A DNA stretch of 62,754 nt, filler included, from Circinaria calcarea (Eukaryota): the NCBI GenBank assembly GCA_051942165.1. It is 18 parts of 18 records of this genome, joined end to end, with 100 filler letters (N's around TTAATTAATTAA, not from the genome) between each part and the next. Parts side by side here need not be neighbours in the genome. Positions count along the whole stretch, not along the records: positions 1 to 3,409 come from JAVECS010002851.1; positions 3,510 to 6,917 come from JAVECS010002852.1; positions 7,018 to 10,425 come from JAVECS010002853.1; positions 10,526 to 13,926 come from JAVECS010002854.1; 14 more parts are not named here. One strand, written 5' to 3'. Made by a program: the position numbers and the translations under genes. This document shows, in pieces, positions 1 to 12,432 of this stretch (position 1 is its first letter; every line of letters begins with the position of its first letter). The notes below the pieces were generated by a model. It was not told the DNA's origin. It saw only the letters and a list, made by a program, of their open reading frames with translations, and searched no databases.

Positions 1-1
1 T

Positions 2-3000
2 GCACCCAAGCTCAACGCTCACTTCTTTTACAACTCCGCTCTCCCCATTGACGATCCTCTATCTCCTGTACCTCCGCCCACCGCCAGCACTTCATCTGCC
101 ACATTGAACGTGCCGCCACGGCCATTCTCCGGTTACGATAATGCAGCACTGGAAGAGGCGTGGCAAGGCTTACAAGACCCAGACAGCAAAACCAAGAAGC
201 GGGAGAAGATGTGGAAAGGGGAATTGGCAGATCCGAACGTCCGAGAAGCAGGGAGAGAGCGTGAGCTGGGTGAAAACTCTATCACTCATGAGCCGAAATT
301 AGATCATATCGTCAACATTATCAAGAGCTCCAAGAGCTCCAAGAGTGTTAAATCGGAAAAGACTGCTGGTAAGGAAGGAGGTAGAGAGATGGAGAAGTCC
401 AAACTCTCGACTGTACAAGCAGCTTCAACTCCCCCTGCTGCCGAGTCCGACTCTCCACTTGACCATTCAACGCTTGTTGCTGCCGAGCCTGAGACTCGCT
501 CACCCCATCACGAAGAGCATGGTGATCCACACGTCCTTTTGTGCGACAACCCCGACCATATACCCTTCGATTACACTGCGCCTATCGGACCCGAGGAGAT
601 CAACATTGCTGAGCTGGAGAGTGGAGCTCCAGAGAAGAAGCACCGAACTCCCTTCCACCGAAGACGTAATTCAAGAAAGGACAAACCGGACGATTTCACT
701 GGAGCGGACGATAGTTCTTCACGAAAAACCCCTGAACGCTGCAATATCGGAGCACCTGATTTCCAATATGGCTCCAGCCCATCAGAGCGTGACACGACAG
801 GAACGCCATTTTTACGTGCTCCTGGCCCGGAAGAACGCGTTCCATACTCTGATGGAGCATCGGATCAAAGTGATGGTGCAGATATAGTGAGCGACGACGA
901 ACAAGATCAACAACCTGCTTCGAGACCCCTTTCTCAGCGGATCCCACCAGATCTCCCTGATTCCCACAAATCAGAATCCGAGGGTCATGCTAGACCTAGT
1001 AGCAGCCATTACGGCTTTTCGTTCCGTCATAAAGAGAAAAAAGCTTATGTACCTGTCGGCCTTTCACGTCTTCATTTGGTAGAGATGCCCGAACTTCAGG
1101 TGAGTTACTATGCTCCTACGTCGTGTCGTTGAGTCGGAGGATCCTAACCATGCATAGATGAAGCCAATTTATTGGAGTCCCGTGCACGATATTTCCTCTG
1201 TCATTCGGGGCACATGGTTCTACAAAGATACAATGCTTCCTGTTGAGCCAGATGTTGCCAATAGACTTGAAGAAGGCTACGAATACATGAAACCGTGGAC
1301 GCAAACCTACGTAGACGAGATGGACAGCTGTATGGAAATAGGTCCCGAAGCTGAGCTCAAGATTGTGCATAGATTATGGCCACCTGAAGTGCCTATTAAT
1401 CCGGATAGCAGACCAGCCACAGGCAAGAGTAATGTAACTTCTTTGAAAGGTAAACCGGTACAATTGGATGCGGATGATCGAGCTTTCAAGGAAGCTGTCG
1501 AGATAGCTGCATCGGTTGAGAACAAGGCTGTTGGGGCTCTTGAAGGAAAGGTTCGACAAGATGAATCAGTTAGGCTTTATGCGAGATCTAGCGTCATCTA
1601 TGCCAACGCAAGAGACGCGCAGATTCTCAAACCAGGACAGCTGCCTTCGGTGGCTATGGGACGAAGGCCATTAGGACCCATCCGGAAGGGAAGGCCTATT
1701 GGTGTACCTGTTGTGCGTGGGTTTGATCACAAAGCGTGGGAAAAGATCCATCCGTCTAAAAAGGGAAAGGTGGCAGTCAAGGCTCGTATGGGCGCAGTTG
1801 CTTCGCAATCTGGCGCCGCCGCGATAATTGGTCAGCGAGACGTTTGCCGTGCTTGCGAAGCTGAAGAAAATCGGCCCAAGGCTACCGACTTGGTGCTTGT
1901 CATTCATGGGTGAGCTTACTGAACGTCTCAAAGAAAGACTTCGCTAATCATAATGACCTAGTATTGGGCAAAAACTATCTGAGCGTGTCGAGAGCTTTCA
2001 CTTCACCCATGCAATCAATGCTTTTCGTAGGCAAATGAATGTAGAGTTGGAATCTGATGCTGTACAGCCATGGTTACGACAAGATCTGGGAGGCATCATG
2101 GTATTGCCAGTACGTCTTTATCATGATACGAATAGCACTTTGGGCTGATTACTTTATAGATCAACTGGCGATCTACGTTATCCCTAGAAGAAGGCGCTTT
2201 GGAACGCACATCCAATCGTAAGCACAAGAAATCCCGGAGCAATGACTTCACGCTAAAGGACATCACCGCCGATACGATCCCTGCGGTACGCAATCTAATC
2301 AGCGATGTCATGCTTGATATACCCTACTATCTTTCTCACCACAAGCCAAAGATGATAGAGGCGGTGATCAAGGAAGCCAACCGTGTCTACCGCTTGTGGT
2401 GCCAGAACAACCCAGGCTTCCAGCTGTACGGACGAGTACATTTGATTGCTCATTCTTTAGGAAGCGTAATGGCTCTCGATATTTTAAGCAAGCAGCCAAC
2501 GATATTACCAAAGCATATGGACCTCAAAAGCAAAAAGGTTCACAACGACATGTTCGAGTTTGACACCAAGAGCCTCTTCTTCTGTGGTAGTCCTGCTGGA
2601 TTCTTCCTGTTACTCAATCGGGCACATCTACTTCCTCGCAAGGGTCGAAACAAGCCGGGTGCCGATGGCGAGGACGTTGGCCGTGGTATCGCCGGTGAAG
2701 CTGGTACATTTGGTTGTTTGGCCGTTGAAAATATCTATAATGTCATGCACTACAATGATCCTATCGCCTACCGTGTCAACGCATGTGTCGACGTCCGGTA
2801 CGCCGACTCCCTTCAGCCTGCAGCTGTACCCAGTGCTACGTCCACCTGGTTACAAAGCATCGGCGCAGTTTTCCGCAAACCCACTATTCCCTTGGCTGGA
2901 CCTACTGGCCTTGATACCTTTCCTAGACGACCTACCGTTGTCAAATTACCCTCTACCATTGAGATGGAAACTCATGACTTTACGCAAGAGGAGATTGCGG

Positions 3001-3227
3001 AGAAGAAAATGTACTTGCTCAACGACAACGGGCAGATTGACTACTTCCTCAGTAGTGGGGGAGGTCCGCTGGAAATTCAGTATCTTAACATGCTGAGTGC
3101 GCATAGTAGTTACTGGATCCTTCAAGACTTTGTCCGCTTTTTGGTGGTGGAGATTGGGAGGAAGCAAGGGCGAGGGGAGACGGTTTTGAGTATGAGGGCG
3201 GTGAAGAAGGCTTGGGGGAAGAAGTAG
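2..3227 (+). CDS. DDHD-domain phospholipase A1 (YOR022C/Ddl1-like), 5' partial; exons 2-1099, 1158-1909, 1962-2109, 2160-3227
   Basis: Introns 1100-1157, 1910-1961 and 2110-2159 join in frame. Motifs: FFYNSALPIDDPLSP, MKPIYWSPVHD..VIRGTWFY, LVLVIHGIGQKL, INWR, lipase elbow AHSLG, FFCGSP, YNVMHYNDPIAYR, SAHSSYW. Confidence 0.93.
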
Positions 3228-3409
3228 ATTATTACCCCTACGGGAGGGGCTGAAGTGGGCTTGATGGGAGGTCGCAGTAGGAGATGGAGTGTTGTGATGG
3301 TTGGTTGGTGTCTTTTATTTTATTTTCTTGTCCACAAGAACCTGCATAGCGAATGGTTTGGTCGGTCCTTTTTGATTCACTGATACCCTAGAAGCAGAAG
3401 TAGAAGCAG

Positions 3410-3509
3410 NNNNNNNNNNNNNNNNNNNNNNNNNNNNNNNNNNNNNNNNNNNNTTAATTAATTAANNNNNNNNNNNNNNNNNNNNNNNNNNNNNNNNNNN
3501 NNNNNNNNN
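3410..3509. other. Artificial contig linker N44-TTAATTAATTAA-N44 (first of 17)
   Basis: Identical 100-nt linkers start at 3410, 6918, 10426, 13927, 17427, 20924, 24420, 27913, 31404, 34893, 38381, 41869, 45355, 48840, 52323, 55804 and 59282. The core gives stops in all six frames. Confidence 0.99.
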
Positions 3510-3949
3510 GTGGTGTTGGTGGTAGGACGAATCCAGGAGGGTATACAGTGCTCGAACAAGAGCTAGTCGGCAAAGCCATCAATTCAAAGAGATGACGGAC
3601 AAGGGAACTGAGTATAAGGTGTAATCAAAGTCGAAAGCTGTTGGTTCCCAGGAAACTGTAATAGTCCATAACAGTCCAAGTGATGTAGGCTAGTAGTGCG
3701 TCACGCTTCGGGGCCGGAATAGTAATTTTCCATTGTAGGCAGCTGGGTGGCCATTATTGCCCCCTACTCCGTACAGAGTACTCCGTACACATTTCAACCT
3801 CTCGACTTTCGCAAACCATCATAGGCTTTGACTTCCCATGGGTGTAGTCACCTGCATTGTAAAGAATTGGGTTGCTATACTTATATATGATCTACGCATG
3901 TACGAGACTTACACATTTTAGACTCGTACATCCTGCTTAACTTTTTGCA

Positions 3950-6383
3950 ATGGCTAATGAAAGACGCCTCCCAGATTGGCCGCTAGAAGGTGTAGACCTA
4001 ATAGTGATCCCATCTGGCAACATAAATGTTACACCGTTTCTTGAAACGAATCCAGCCGCTGTGCACCCTACGCTTACCGCCAAAGGTTCTTGGGAGTCAG
4101 GACTGAATCAGAATCCAGGAGACATCAACAGTGTATGCAGTTCCCCTAGCGAAATAGAGACTGAAGAAATTGGCGCTCCAGCCGCCGCCTTACACTTCCC
4201 ATCAATGGAGGAGCGTACTTCTTTGGGCGGGATACGAAATCAAAATCGAATGACGTTATCCTACCTGGGAAATTGAGCAGCCGGCAACAATTCTGCGTAT
4301 ATCCGCGGATTAAGGATCGCACATGGATAATTCAGGACGTTTCAGGGAAGGGGACGACCTTCGTCGACAACTGCCAGCTCAGCTCCAAAGCGGAAGATCA
4401 AGTAGCTCTCTGGAGGGCCTTACGATACGACACCTTGAACAAAGTAACCTTTCCTGGACCCGTCTCCGAGCCAGGTGTTACCATATACCTTCAACCAGTT
4501 TGGCCGAATCTAGGATCCGGGTATCGATTGTGGGATTGGATAGATCTAGGTGCCCCGATGTTAGCTGGTTTAAATCTTAACTCGATGGCAACATCGACGA
4601 CGGTTAAAGAGAGTCAAGGTCCACACCGAAGAGACTCTAACGTACCTGTGTATTATATTCTGCCCAGACAAGTGTTTGAAAATCCTAATGTCTTGTACGC
4701 TCAAAACCTGGTAACTGGGGTGCTGTTGGTAGCGGAGAGGTTTCTATCAGAAAGCCAAGCAAGGGAAAGCTTTAACTGGCGAAAAGTAATCGAGGTAGGT
4801 AGCTATATCCTGTATTGATCCAAAGCATTAACTGTGAATAGCTTACCCAGTTTTTGCCCCCGATTGACCTCTGCATTCTCGACCACTCTTACCTTCTAAC
4901 TAGTTGTCCTGATATCGACACTTTGCCTCTTGATGATTGGATTGAGCGAGAACCACTGGATGATCGCGCAACCTATGTCTTACTACAAGAGATTTTATCT
5001 GCTCTGATAGAATTATTGGACAGTGGCATTGCGCATGGCGCTGTCGCCCTTGAACATATATGGGTTGCAGATCTTCGCCCTAAAACTCCAGCCTTCTGGC
5101 TCACCGGATGGTCTGCTGCTATGCCCATGCCAAAGGATCAATTGGAAATTGGTCATTTTGCTGACGTGAATATGGCTATGGAAACGATTGCTAAGGCTCG
5201 TAGTAAGCTTACATGGTTCGAAGATCCCGCAGTAAACGGTATACTTTGTGAACTCCTCCAACATAGAAGAATTTCTGCGGAGAACCTATTTGAGCAGTTG
5301 GGTGAGATGACAAGTGGAGCCCTGGTGGACTTCCCATTTGAAGTGGTTCCCTTAGGGAGAAATCTCACTCTTACACAATTCCTCCATAAAAACGGGCGCA
5401 GTGAAATATTCTACCGAAAAATCGACCTCGTCACAATGGGTCGAGCTTACTTCGCTCATAATGCTGAGGGATGCCAGAAAGCTGTCCAAGAAATCTTGCG
5501 TATGAGGCCAGACCCTGCCTTCCCTAATTGGGATGATGAAGAGCTTCTGCGGTGGGAAGCGGTGCGGAAGGTTCTTTGCCGTCTGCAGGAGACTGCATTA
5601 ATAGACAACTGGTCGGAGCTGGGCACTGAATGGAAGAAGAACAGAAATTCTGCGCGAGAGATTACCATCCTTTTTAGAATCACCCAACATGCCCCATCCG
5701 GAATGTGGAATCTGACTCAGCTTATTAATGGCATCAGGCCCATAGAAGCGCTGACCATTGGGGATTCCTTTCAGTGCGTTGAGGTTGCGGGAGATGCAGA
5801 ATGTGAGGGGCTCTATGTCGATCACAGTACCTTTCAGGAAGCCTGCCGGGTGTTGAAAGTTTCGCTTCCCTCCAAGCTCACGCCGGGCGACATCGATCCC
5901 AGAGCCGAGCAATTTCGATCCATCCAAGAGTCTAAAGACTCTGAAGGCGACTTAGTGATAGCAGACGCCAAGCTTCTCCTCAGGACTGCTCTCTTCAAGC
6001 GATCATCAAGGAGTATGCACTACGCCAAAAAGGAATATTTAGAAGCAACTGTCCTTGAGCTCTTCCCACGTGATAACTTCAAGAATCTGCACCGCGGGTT
6101 GGAAGCGTCCAGATACCCCCGGCCCAACCTGCAAGATCTCTGCCAAGGACAATCGCCGGAAGGATATCCCTCCAGCAGCCAATACAACAGTCTCATAGTA
6201 TCCTCGAGCGACCCAGACGCGGACCTCCAATTTAACTTCAAACCGAGTCGACAGCAGCCTTCAGGCCAAGAACAACCAAAGCCCAAGCAGGACAAACTCG
6301 CAGACTTTCTCAAGGATCAACAACTATCCAAACCGCCTACCGAAACATGGGTTGACAATCTGAAGAGGAAAAGAAATACGTAA
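3950..6383 (+). CDS. Orphan multidomain protein: FHA-like + pseudokinase + KilA-N/APSES-like; 5' exon structure uncertain
   Basis: Intron 4795-4841 (GTAGGT...TAG) joins ORF 4273 to ORF 4854 in frame. FHA-like YFFGR..NDVILPGKLSSRQQF..WIIQDVSGKGTTFVDN at ~4201-4380; kinase-like HGAVALEHI and LTGWS at 5034-5115; KilA-N-like segment at ~5673-5858. Confidence 0.6.
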
Positions 6384-7017
6384 AACAAGTTTCAAAATAC
6401 ATGGGTTTTTTTTTAAAAAAAAATTTAGCCGAGGGAAAAAGGGAGCCCGCGAGGAAAAATATCATGCAGATTTTGGGCATCGGATAGGAAATGCTTCCTC
6501 CCAATACGGAGTAATAATGAACTGAAACTTCAGGCCCCCCCCCCCCCCTCCTTCCTCCACTCTCGACCTCCTGCCGAGGCGCTAACTCTAGCATTATTGC
6601 GAACACGGTTGGATGTGGAATTTCTCGGATCTGAGAATTGTAGACATGGGCGGTGCTTTGGGGAGAGATATCATAATGGGGTTGGGTTGCAGGTTGTAGG
6701 TTATCAGGTCAGGCTAACTGAAGGGGGAGAAGGGGGGGGGGAGATAGCTGAAAGGGGAGTAGGAGTAGGTGGAAGTGGAAGTGGGTAGTTGATGGGGTGT
6801 TTATTGCTCTGGAATTTGGTTCTTGATAGTAGTAGTGGTAGCTAATTGAGTCCCTTTTCCATTTTGCTTCCCCCCGTTCTTTATCCTCTCCCCCTAAACC
6901 ACTACATGAAATCCTCCNNNNNNNNNNNNNNNNNNNNNNNNNNNNNNNNNNNNNNNNNNNNTTAATTAATTAANNNNNNNNNNNNNNNNNNNNNNNNNNN
7001 NNNNNNNNNNNNNNNNN

Positions 7018-7518
7018 TGGGACATTGGCAGGTAATTTGGCCGTCGAGACCATTGGCAAGCCGACTGCTACACTCCTTCCATTGTGGGCTGCTTGCTGTT
7101 TTCGAAGGGTGGATTGATAGTCCAGCCAAGCTTGAGTCGAGGGTTCTTTTGCTCCGAAAAAGTTTCGGAACGACGACGCTTTGGACTTTTTAGCTTTGGG
7201 CTGTTTCCCGGCATCTGCAGGCGTAAGCTGTTGCTGCACTTGTGGTTTCAAAGGGCTTGAGCCAGTCGGCGGTATTCTGTTGAATCTAATGGTTGGTGCA
7301 ACAGGAGATGCAGGCAATGGGCTGATTGGAAATCCAACGGGTGAAGTTGGAACACTGAGTGTGGAGGCCGAGCTTCTGCTATACACAGAAAGGCTGTCTT
7401 GCGACTCGAGGGTACTCGGGGCCGAAGAAGTGGTCGAAGGATTGCGGTACAGGAGCTTGGGCATGTTTACTGGAGATCGCAATGGAGGAGATGGATGAGA
7501 TGAATCGATAGCCGCCAT
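7018..7518 (-). CDS. Hypothetical Ser/Pro-rich fungal protein, 3' truncated by contig end
   Basis: ATG-initiated ORF open to the linker; contains FFGAKEPSTQAWLDYQ and AKLPANVP blocks that look conserved. Confidence 0.6.
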
Positions 7519-8492
7519 GTCTCCTTGTAATGTGGACCGTGATTACTGCAGAACACATGAGCCGGACTGCGGTCAGTCAAGTAGGATTCCTCACCACGTA
7601 CCAAGGAAGTTTTTGTTTCGGCACGAATGGACAATAACCACGGAGAGCAGCAGAAGTGGGGGATCCAGTTGCTGAGGTTCGAGTGTGATGATTCTTGCTC
7701 CTAGCATGTCATCTGTCCAGTTCCTGATGGGCAAGCATAGTGTTCCTAATGCACCTTCACCGCTTTTGATAGTGTTCAACAAGAACTGAACCTCTGTGTA
7801 AACGGAGAGATTGACAGTTCGGAAAACGTGGTGAAGCCCGTTGAAACGTTGGTGCCCAAAAGTATGGCGGCAGATGACTTACGTTACCTGAGGTACCAGA
7901 AGTTTGTGGGAAGAAAGTATGTTTAATGCTTCCCACACTACGGGCACTTCAGGTCCCATGAATGAAAGCCACGAACGAGGCCCGGGGTCTAGGCTTTCCC
8001 AAACAAATCTTACTATCGTTCACTAATCACCGATTGCTTTATCGGCAGGGGTACAGTTAGCGAAAAACGTGGGGTGCAGGGATAGTGTAGCTAACTGGGC
8101 AAGGGGCAGCGAAGTACGGAGTAGTGGGGGGTTCTCATTCGCGGACCGGATATTAAGCCCCGGAGATCCACAAAATCGGGATGGGGGAAGATTTCCCCCC
8201 TAAATTTCCAACTGCTTCCGAATTCGTCCGGACTCAGGTAAAGGTTCCACGCCACCAACGATAAGATAAAGAGGATTATGCTATGGCATTACTCATACCG
8301 GTCGGCTGGTTGTGATGGTACACTATCATTCACTAGGACCTTATTCGTAATCACCCCATTCAAAGATACTAACTACGAAAACGCCACAACGCGAGGAATA
8401 GGAACCAAGCTTTCCAGACCTTTGCGGCTAACAATCCTGATCGTTCCATCATCGCAAGTCCTGTCAAGGAGTAGACCTGCTATTTATCCGGC

Positions 8493-9230
8493 ATGATGGC
8501 AGATGTCGAGATGGACGAGAGTCCTGGGGGAGGCAACAATGATGGTTCAGCATCTCCGCGGGGACCCCCATACTCCCCAATCACACCCGTGATGCCTTCT
8601 GCTACGCTTGCCCCTCCTCCAAGTGGGCATCTTCGGGAAAGCCCGGCCATGAGCGAAGACCAAGTGCCTTTGCAGCCCATATCCGAGAGCGAGAGTTCAG
8701 ACGCCATCGCACTCCGTTCGGCCCTCTCGATTCTTCAGATCCAGAGGCAGCAGAGTCTACGAGACCTGATCACTCTTGAACGGCAAAAGCTTGAGGCAGT
8801 TGCAGATCCAGAGACTTTTACAAGGAATGTTCTGGCCGGCAACATCCGCTCTGCATCCAACGATGGCGTATTGGGTCAAGGCCAGGATGTACGACGTGCT
8901 TGGGATCAACACCAATCTGCAAACGGAGATGGTGAGTCTGATAAGAGTAACTCGAATGTGGGACGACCATCTTCGGTCGATACAATTCCAAGCCCTCAGA
9001 ATATCGTACGCTGTCCACCGGTGAACTGGGCTAAATATCATATTGTTGGTGATGCCCTGGATAACTTACACGAGCAACAACGATCTCATCCTGCACCTGG
9101 CCAGCCTCGGACGGACCAGGATGCTACCAGGCCACCTGAGCATGTCATTGCTGCTCCCTACAGGCCTTGGGCGGACAAGCTCCCGGAATCGTCAATGAGG
9201 ACGAGAAGCGGGGCCAAAAACGATTTGTGA
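8493..9230 (+). CDS. ZZZ3/Ahc2-like histone acetyltransferase complex subunit (245 aa)
   Basis: ALRSALSILQIQRQQSLRDLITLERQKLEAVADPETF and IPSPQNIVRCPPVNWAKY resemble the ZZZ3 helical block as I recall it. Intact single-exon ORF. Confidence 0.65.
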   Translation: MMADVEMDESPGGGNNDGSASPRGPPYSPITPVMPSATLAPPPSGHLRESPAMSEDQVPLQPISESESSDAIALRSALSILQIQRQQSLRDLITLERQKLEAVADPETFTRNVLAGNIRSASNDGVLGQGQDVRRAWDQHQSANGDGESDKSNSNVGRPSSVDTIPSPQNIVRCPPVNWAKYHIVGDALDNLHEQQRSHPAPGQPRTDQDATRPPEHVIAAPYRPWADKLPESSMRTRSGAKNDL

Positions 9231-10133
9231 GACCGCAATATGCTCTTAGAGGAGATGTGCGTAACGTCACCGGTCTTTTCCTATATGAGAACCGAGATCG
9301 CCACACCAGATCCCCAGGCGGACTGATCTACAACGGGGAAGGGAAAGAACGCGATATATCAACCAAACCTCCGGGGACGGTTCCTTGTAGTGACGGGGAT
9401 CTTTCTTACAATGCCAGGAGTAACCTAGGAGTTCGCTTTGAGCTTACAAAAACAGCTGTCTCGTAGCAGCAGGAAGTTGGCAATGTTGCAGCTCACAAAC
9501 TGTCCTAGCATCTGCCGCACACTTGGCCCCGTTCCATTAAAATGATAGGCGTCTCAAGTCCCCGATGAACTGTTTTGCGCCCCCTCACCTGGAAGAAGAT
9601 GGCCCAGGTAAGTGTTTAAAGAGGATAGCAAGTACCAGCACGACATAGGACAAGATACAGGGAACCAGGTAATTAACGACCAGTTAGGGTTGTCATGCAA
9701 AGCATGAGAGAGAGAAGCCAACAGCGTACCTGCGGCTGGAGTCGGGGTTTGGGGGTTTTGAGGTTGAATGGGGCTGAATAGGGTGGATAGTAAATGCACA
9801 ATCACCACGCGAGGCTGCAAACATGACGAATCCAAAGGTTCTTGACAAACATACTGTGGTCGGATGGGTATCAGCTGTTAACGTCACGCTAATGAATCAT
9901 TGCCCAATGTAGTTAAAGCCTTGTTATCTACCAATGAGTTTAATAAGTTAACCAAAACTGTTAGTGGCTTTAGTGTGGCGTTAACAGCTGATACCCATCC
10001 GACCACAGTAAAACAAATAACCTCGCGAGTGAGCCGAACATGACCGGGCAGATATCATATGACCCCTCGTAGAGAAAATCATCCCTTTCAAGCTTCCAGC
10101 TTTTCGGTCTAAGGAGTACGGAGTTGTCGGGAG

Positions 10134-10334
10134 TATCCCTTAAGCTGTTGCTCTGGCACGCCGAGCCGTGCACGGTACAGGGGGTTTCGGGCACTAATAA
10201 ATATCTTTAATTCTGGCCGATCGGCGGAGAAGAAATGCCCATTTATACAGTAATTTGTGCAGGGAAACTAAGAACCCCCCCCTACTAGTATAGCGTGCAC
10301 GGTTCGGCGTGCCAGAGCAACAGCTTAAGGGATA
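10134..10334. mobile_element. MITE-like element (197 bp plus TA flanks), Tc1/mariner-type
   Basis: 41-bp inverted repeat 10134-10174 / 10294-10334 with one mismatch; pairing stops exactly at the outer TA. Confidence 0.75.
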
Positions 10335-10525
10335 TTAAATATCCCCCTCCCTCCCCCCACTTTCTTCTCCAATAAAAATCGATCGATCGATTTATCCCCC
10401 AATAATACCCCATATGGTAATACCCNNNNNNNNNNNNNNNNNNNNNNNNNNNNNNNNNNNNNNNNNNNNTTAATTAATTAANNNNNNNNNNNNNNNNNNN
10501 NNNNNNNNNNNNNNNNNNNNNNNNN

Positions 10526-11166
10526 CCTCAAAGTTGACGATGGATCCATGGGCTTGGAGGAGAGCATGACAACGTTTCAGAGATACGCTTCCCATTGGAA
10601 AGCGATCATTTTGATAGATGAAGCGGATGTTTTTCTCGAAGCCAGGTCCAGCGAGGGTAGCGGTCAAGCGGAACGGAACGGACTTGTAGCAGGTACGCAG
10701 TGCCTTTGCCATGCTTTCATCCAATGTATCGATAGCTAACAGTCCTTGAGTCTTTCTCCGCACGCTTGAATACTTCCAAGGCATTATCTTCCTAACCTCA
10801 AACCGGATAAATGTCTTTGACGTGGCTATCAAATCCAGACTCCACTTGGCCCTACAATACTCGGCTCCCACGGCTAGTACACGGCGTCAGCTCTGGCAGA
10901 AGCGGCTGGAAACCGTTCCGGCCGCAGACCGGAACTTCAACCTTGGACAAGTGCTGGACTCAGTGCAGCAGTCTGAGATGAATGGTCGTGAGATATCGAA
11001 TTCTATAAACACTGCTCTTACTTTGGCACGAGACGAGAATAAGAAGCTGGAGTTCGATCACTTGCAGACCATAATACAAGTCTGGCAGGACTTTGGAGTT
11101 GCGTTGGAGGAAGAGGGGAAGTCTTCGGACATGAAGATAATCCAAGATTGCGAGGTCAGTGTCTGA
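10526..11166 (+). CDS. Fungal AAA+ ATPase, C-terminal part (5' partial); intron 10693-10750
   Basis: Walker B IILIDEADVFLEAR, RNGLVA|VFLRTLEYFQGIIFLTSNR, FDVAIKSRLHLAL, MNGREISN. Confidence 0.88.
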
Positions 11167-12432
11167 AGACCATTTCCCGTGGCTCCAGAACAAGCACCGA
11201 TGCAGGTCGTTAGAAGAATATGGCTCCGGTCGGTAAGATGAAGCGAATGAAATTTCTAGGATGAGACCCAATTCCTGAAAATCTCCTTCTACTGTCCTAT
11301 ATAACCATTGTGGTGAAGGAACTCATGCCGATCTCGGACTGCCAATCCTGAGCATCTATCTCCGGCAAATTAGGTATCCGTCGTATGTAAACCACTGGGC
11401 GTATTGGAGTTGCAGTGCTGAAACCACCTCCTGAAGATTTGGACAGTGATCATCATCCCCGCTTTGACAGCTCGCCGTGAAAAGGCCAAAGGTGAGTCCT
11501 CCCGGAGTGTGAGAAGCTTTCAAGTAAAATCCCACCATCAACTTTTCCTAAAAGAGCAGAGGGATGGCTTCTCTGCGGTCTCTCTTTTACATTTTGGGTG
11601 ACCTGTGGAAGCCTATCATTTGTCTCATGTGGCATCTTTTACCTTTCTTTGAGCATTGGAGATATGCTGCTTGCCGTTCCCAGCGTACAACTTGAGTTCT
11701 GCCTTTGTACGTCTCCACTGCTGTAAGGGTCTGCAGACTAGGTAAGGGAGACAGATCCTACACAATAGAAAGAGTCGGAAGCCGCTTCCCTTCTCCTGAA
11801 TGATTTATTATTACTTGGATCTATGTACCTATATGGACTTTGTCAGAACCCGGGTCAGTTGTCTGCACTGCGTTGTTGACGGCTTACTCCATTTCTAAGT
11901 CGCAATATATCATGCAACGTACAGAGTCTGCGACGCCCGTCCTTGGTTAACATCCACTGCAATAGTGTGCTGACGGTAGCACGGATCATGCAAATACCCC
12001 GAAACGGTGGGTATATGAGCTACTGTACCACCAAAGTATCTCTAGTCTGATGTGCGTCCCATCTAGCCTTCACCTGGCCGGTGCTTGGTCCAATCAGTCT
12101 CCGTGCAATTGTCTTAATTCACTATCCCCTTACCCTACGGAGTCGATTGCCGGCTTTTTCACTTGCGATGGATCTATTCTCGCCACGTCGCTAGGGCTTA
12201 ATCCAACGAACCACATTGACTCAATGCAAGCGACCTTCTCATTAACTTGCGCATAGCGTGACTTTCATGAAAAGGACCTGTAACCTTGACTATGTCAAGT
12301 TTCCCTAGCGTCTTAATCGTCATCAACACTGCATTTGTTTCATCTTATATCCGAGATCTCTCTGAGATTTTTGCAAACTACGGAGTTGCCCTTATAATCC
12401 CATGCCGGGTCCCCGTGCTCATACAGATAGAT

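Noticed and set aside
3765..6513. TIR transposon carrying the FHA-pseudokinase gene
   Set aside because: The inverted match is only the 9-mer, which recurs elsewhere; no extended terminal repeat or transposase.
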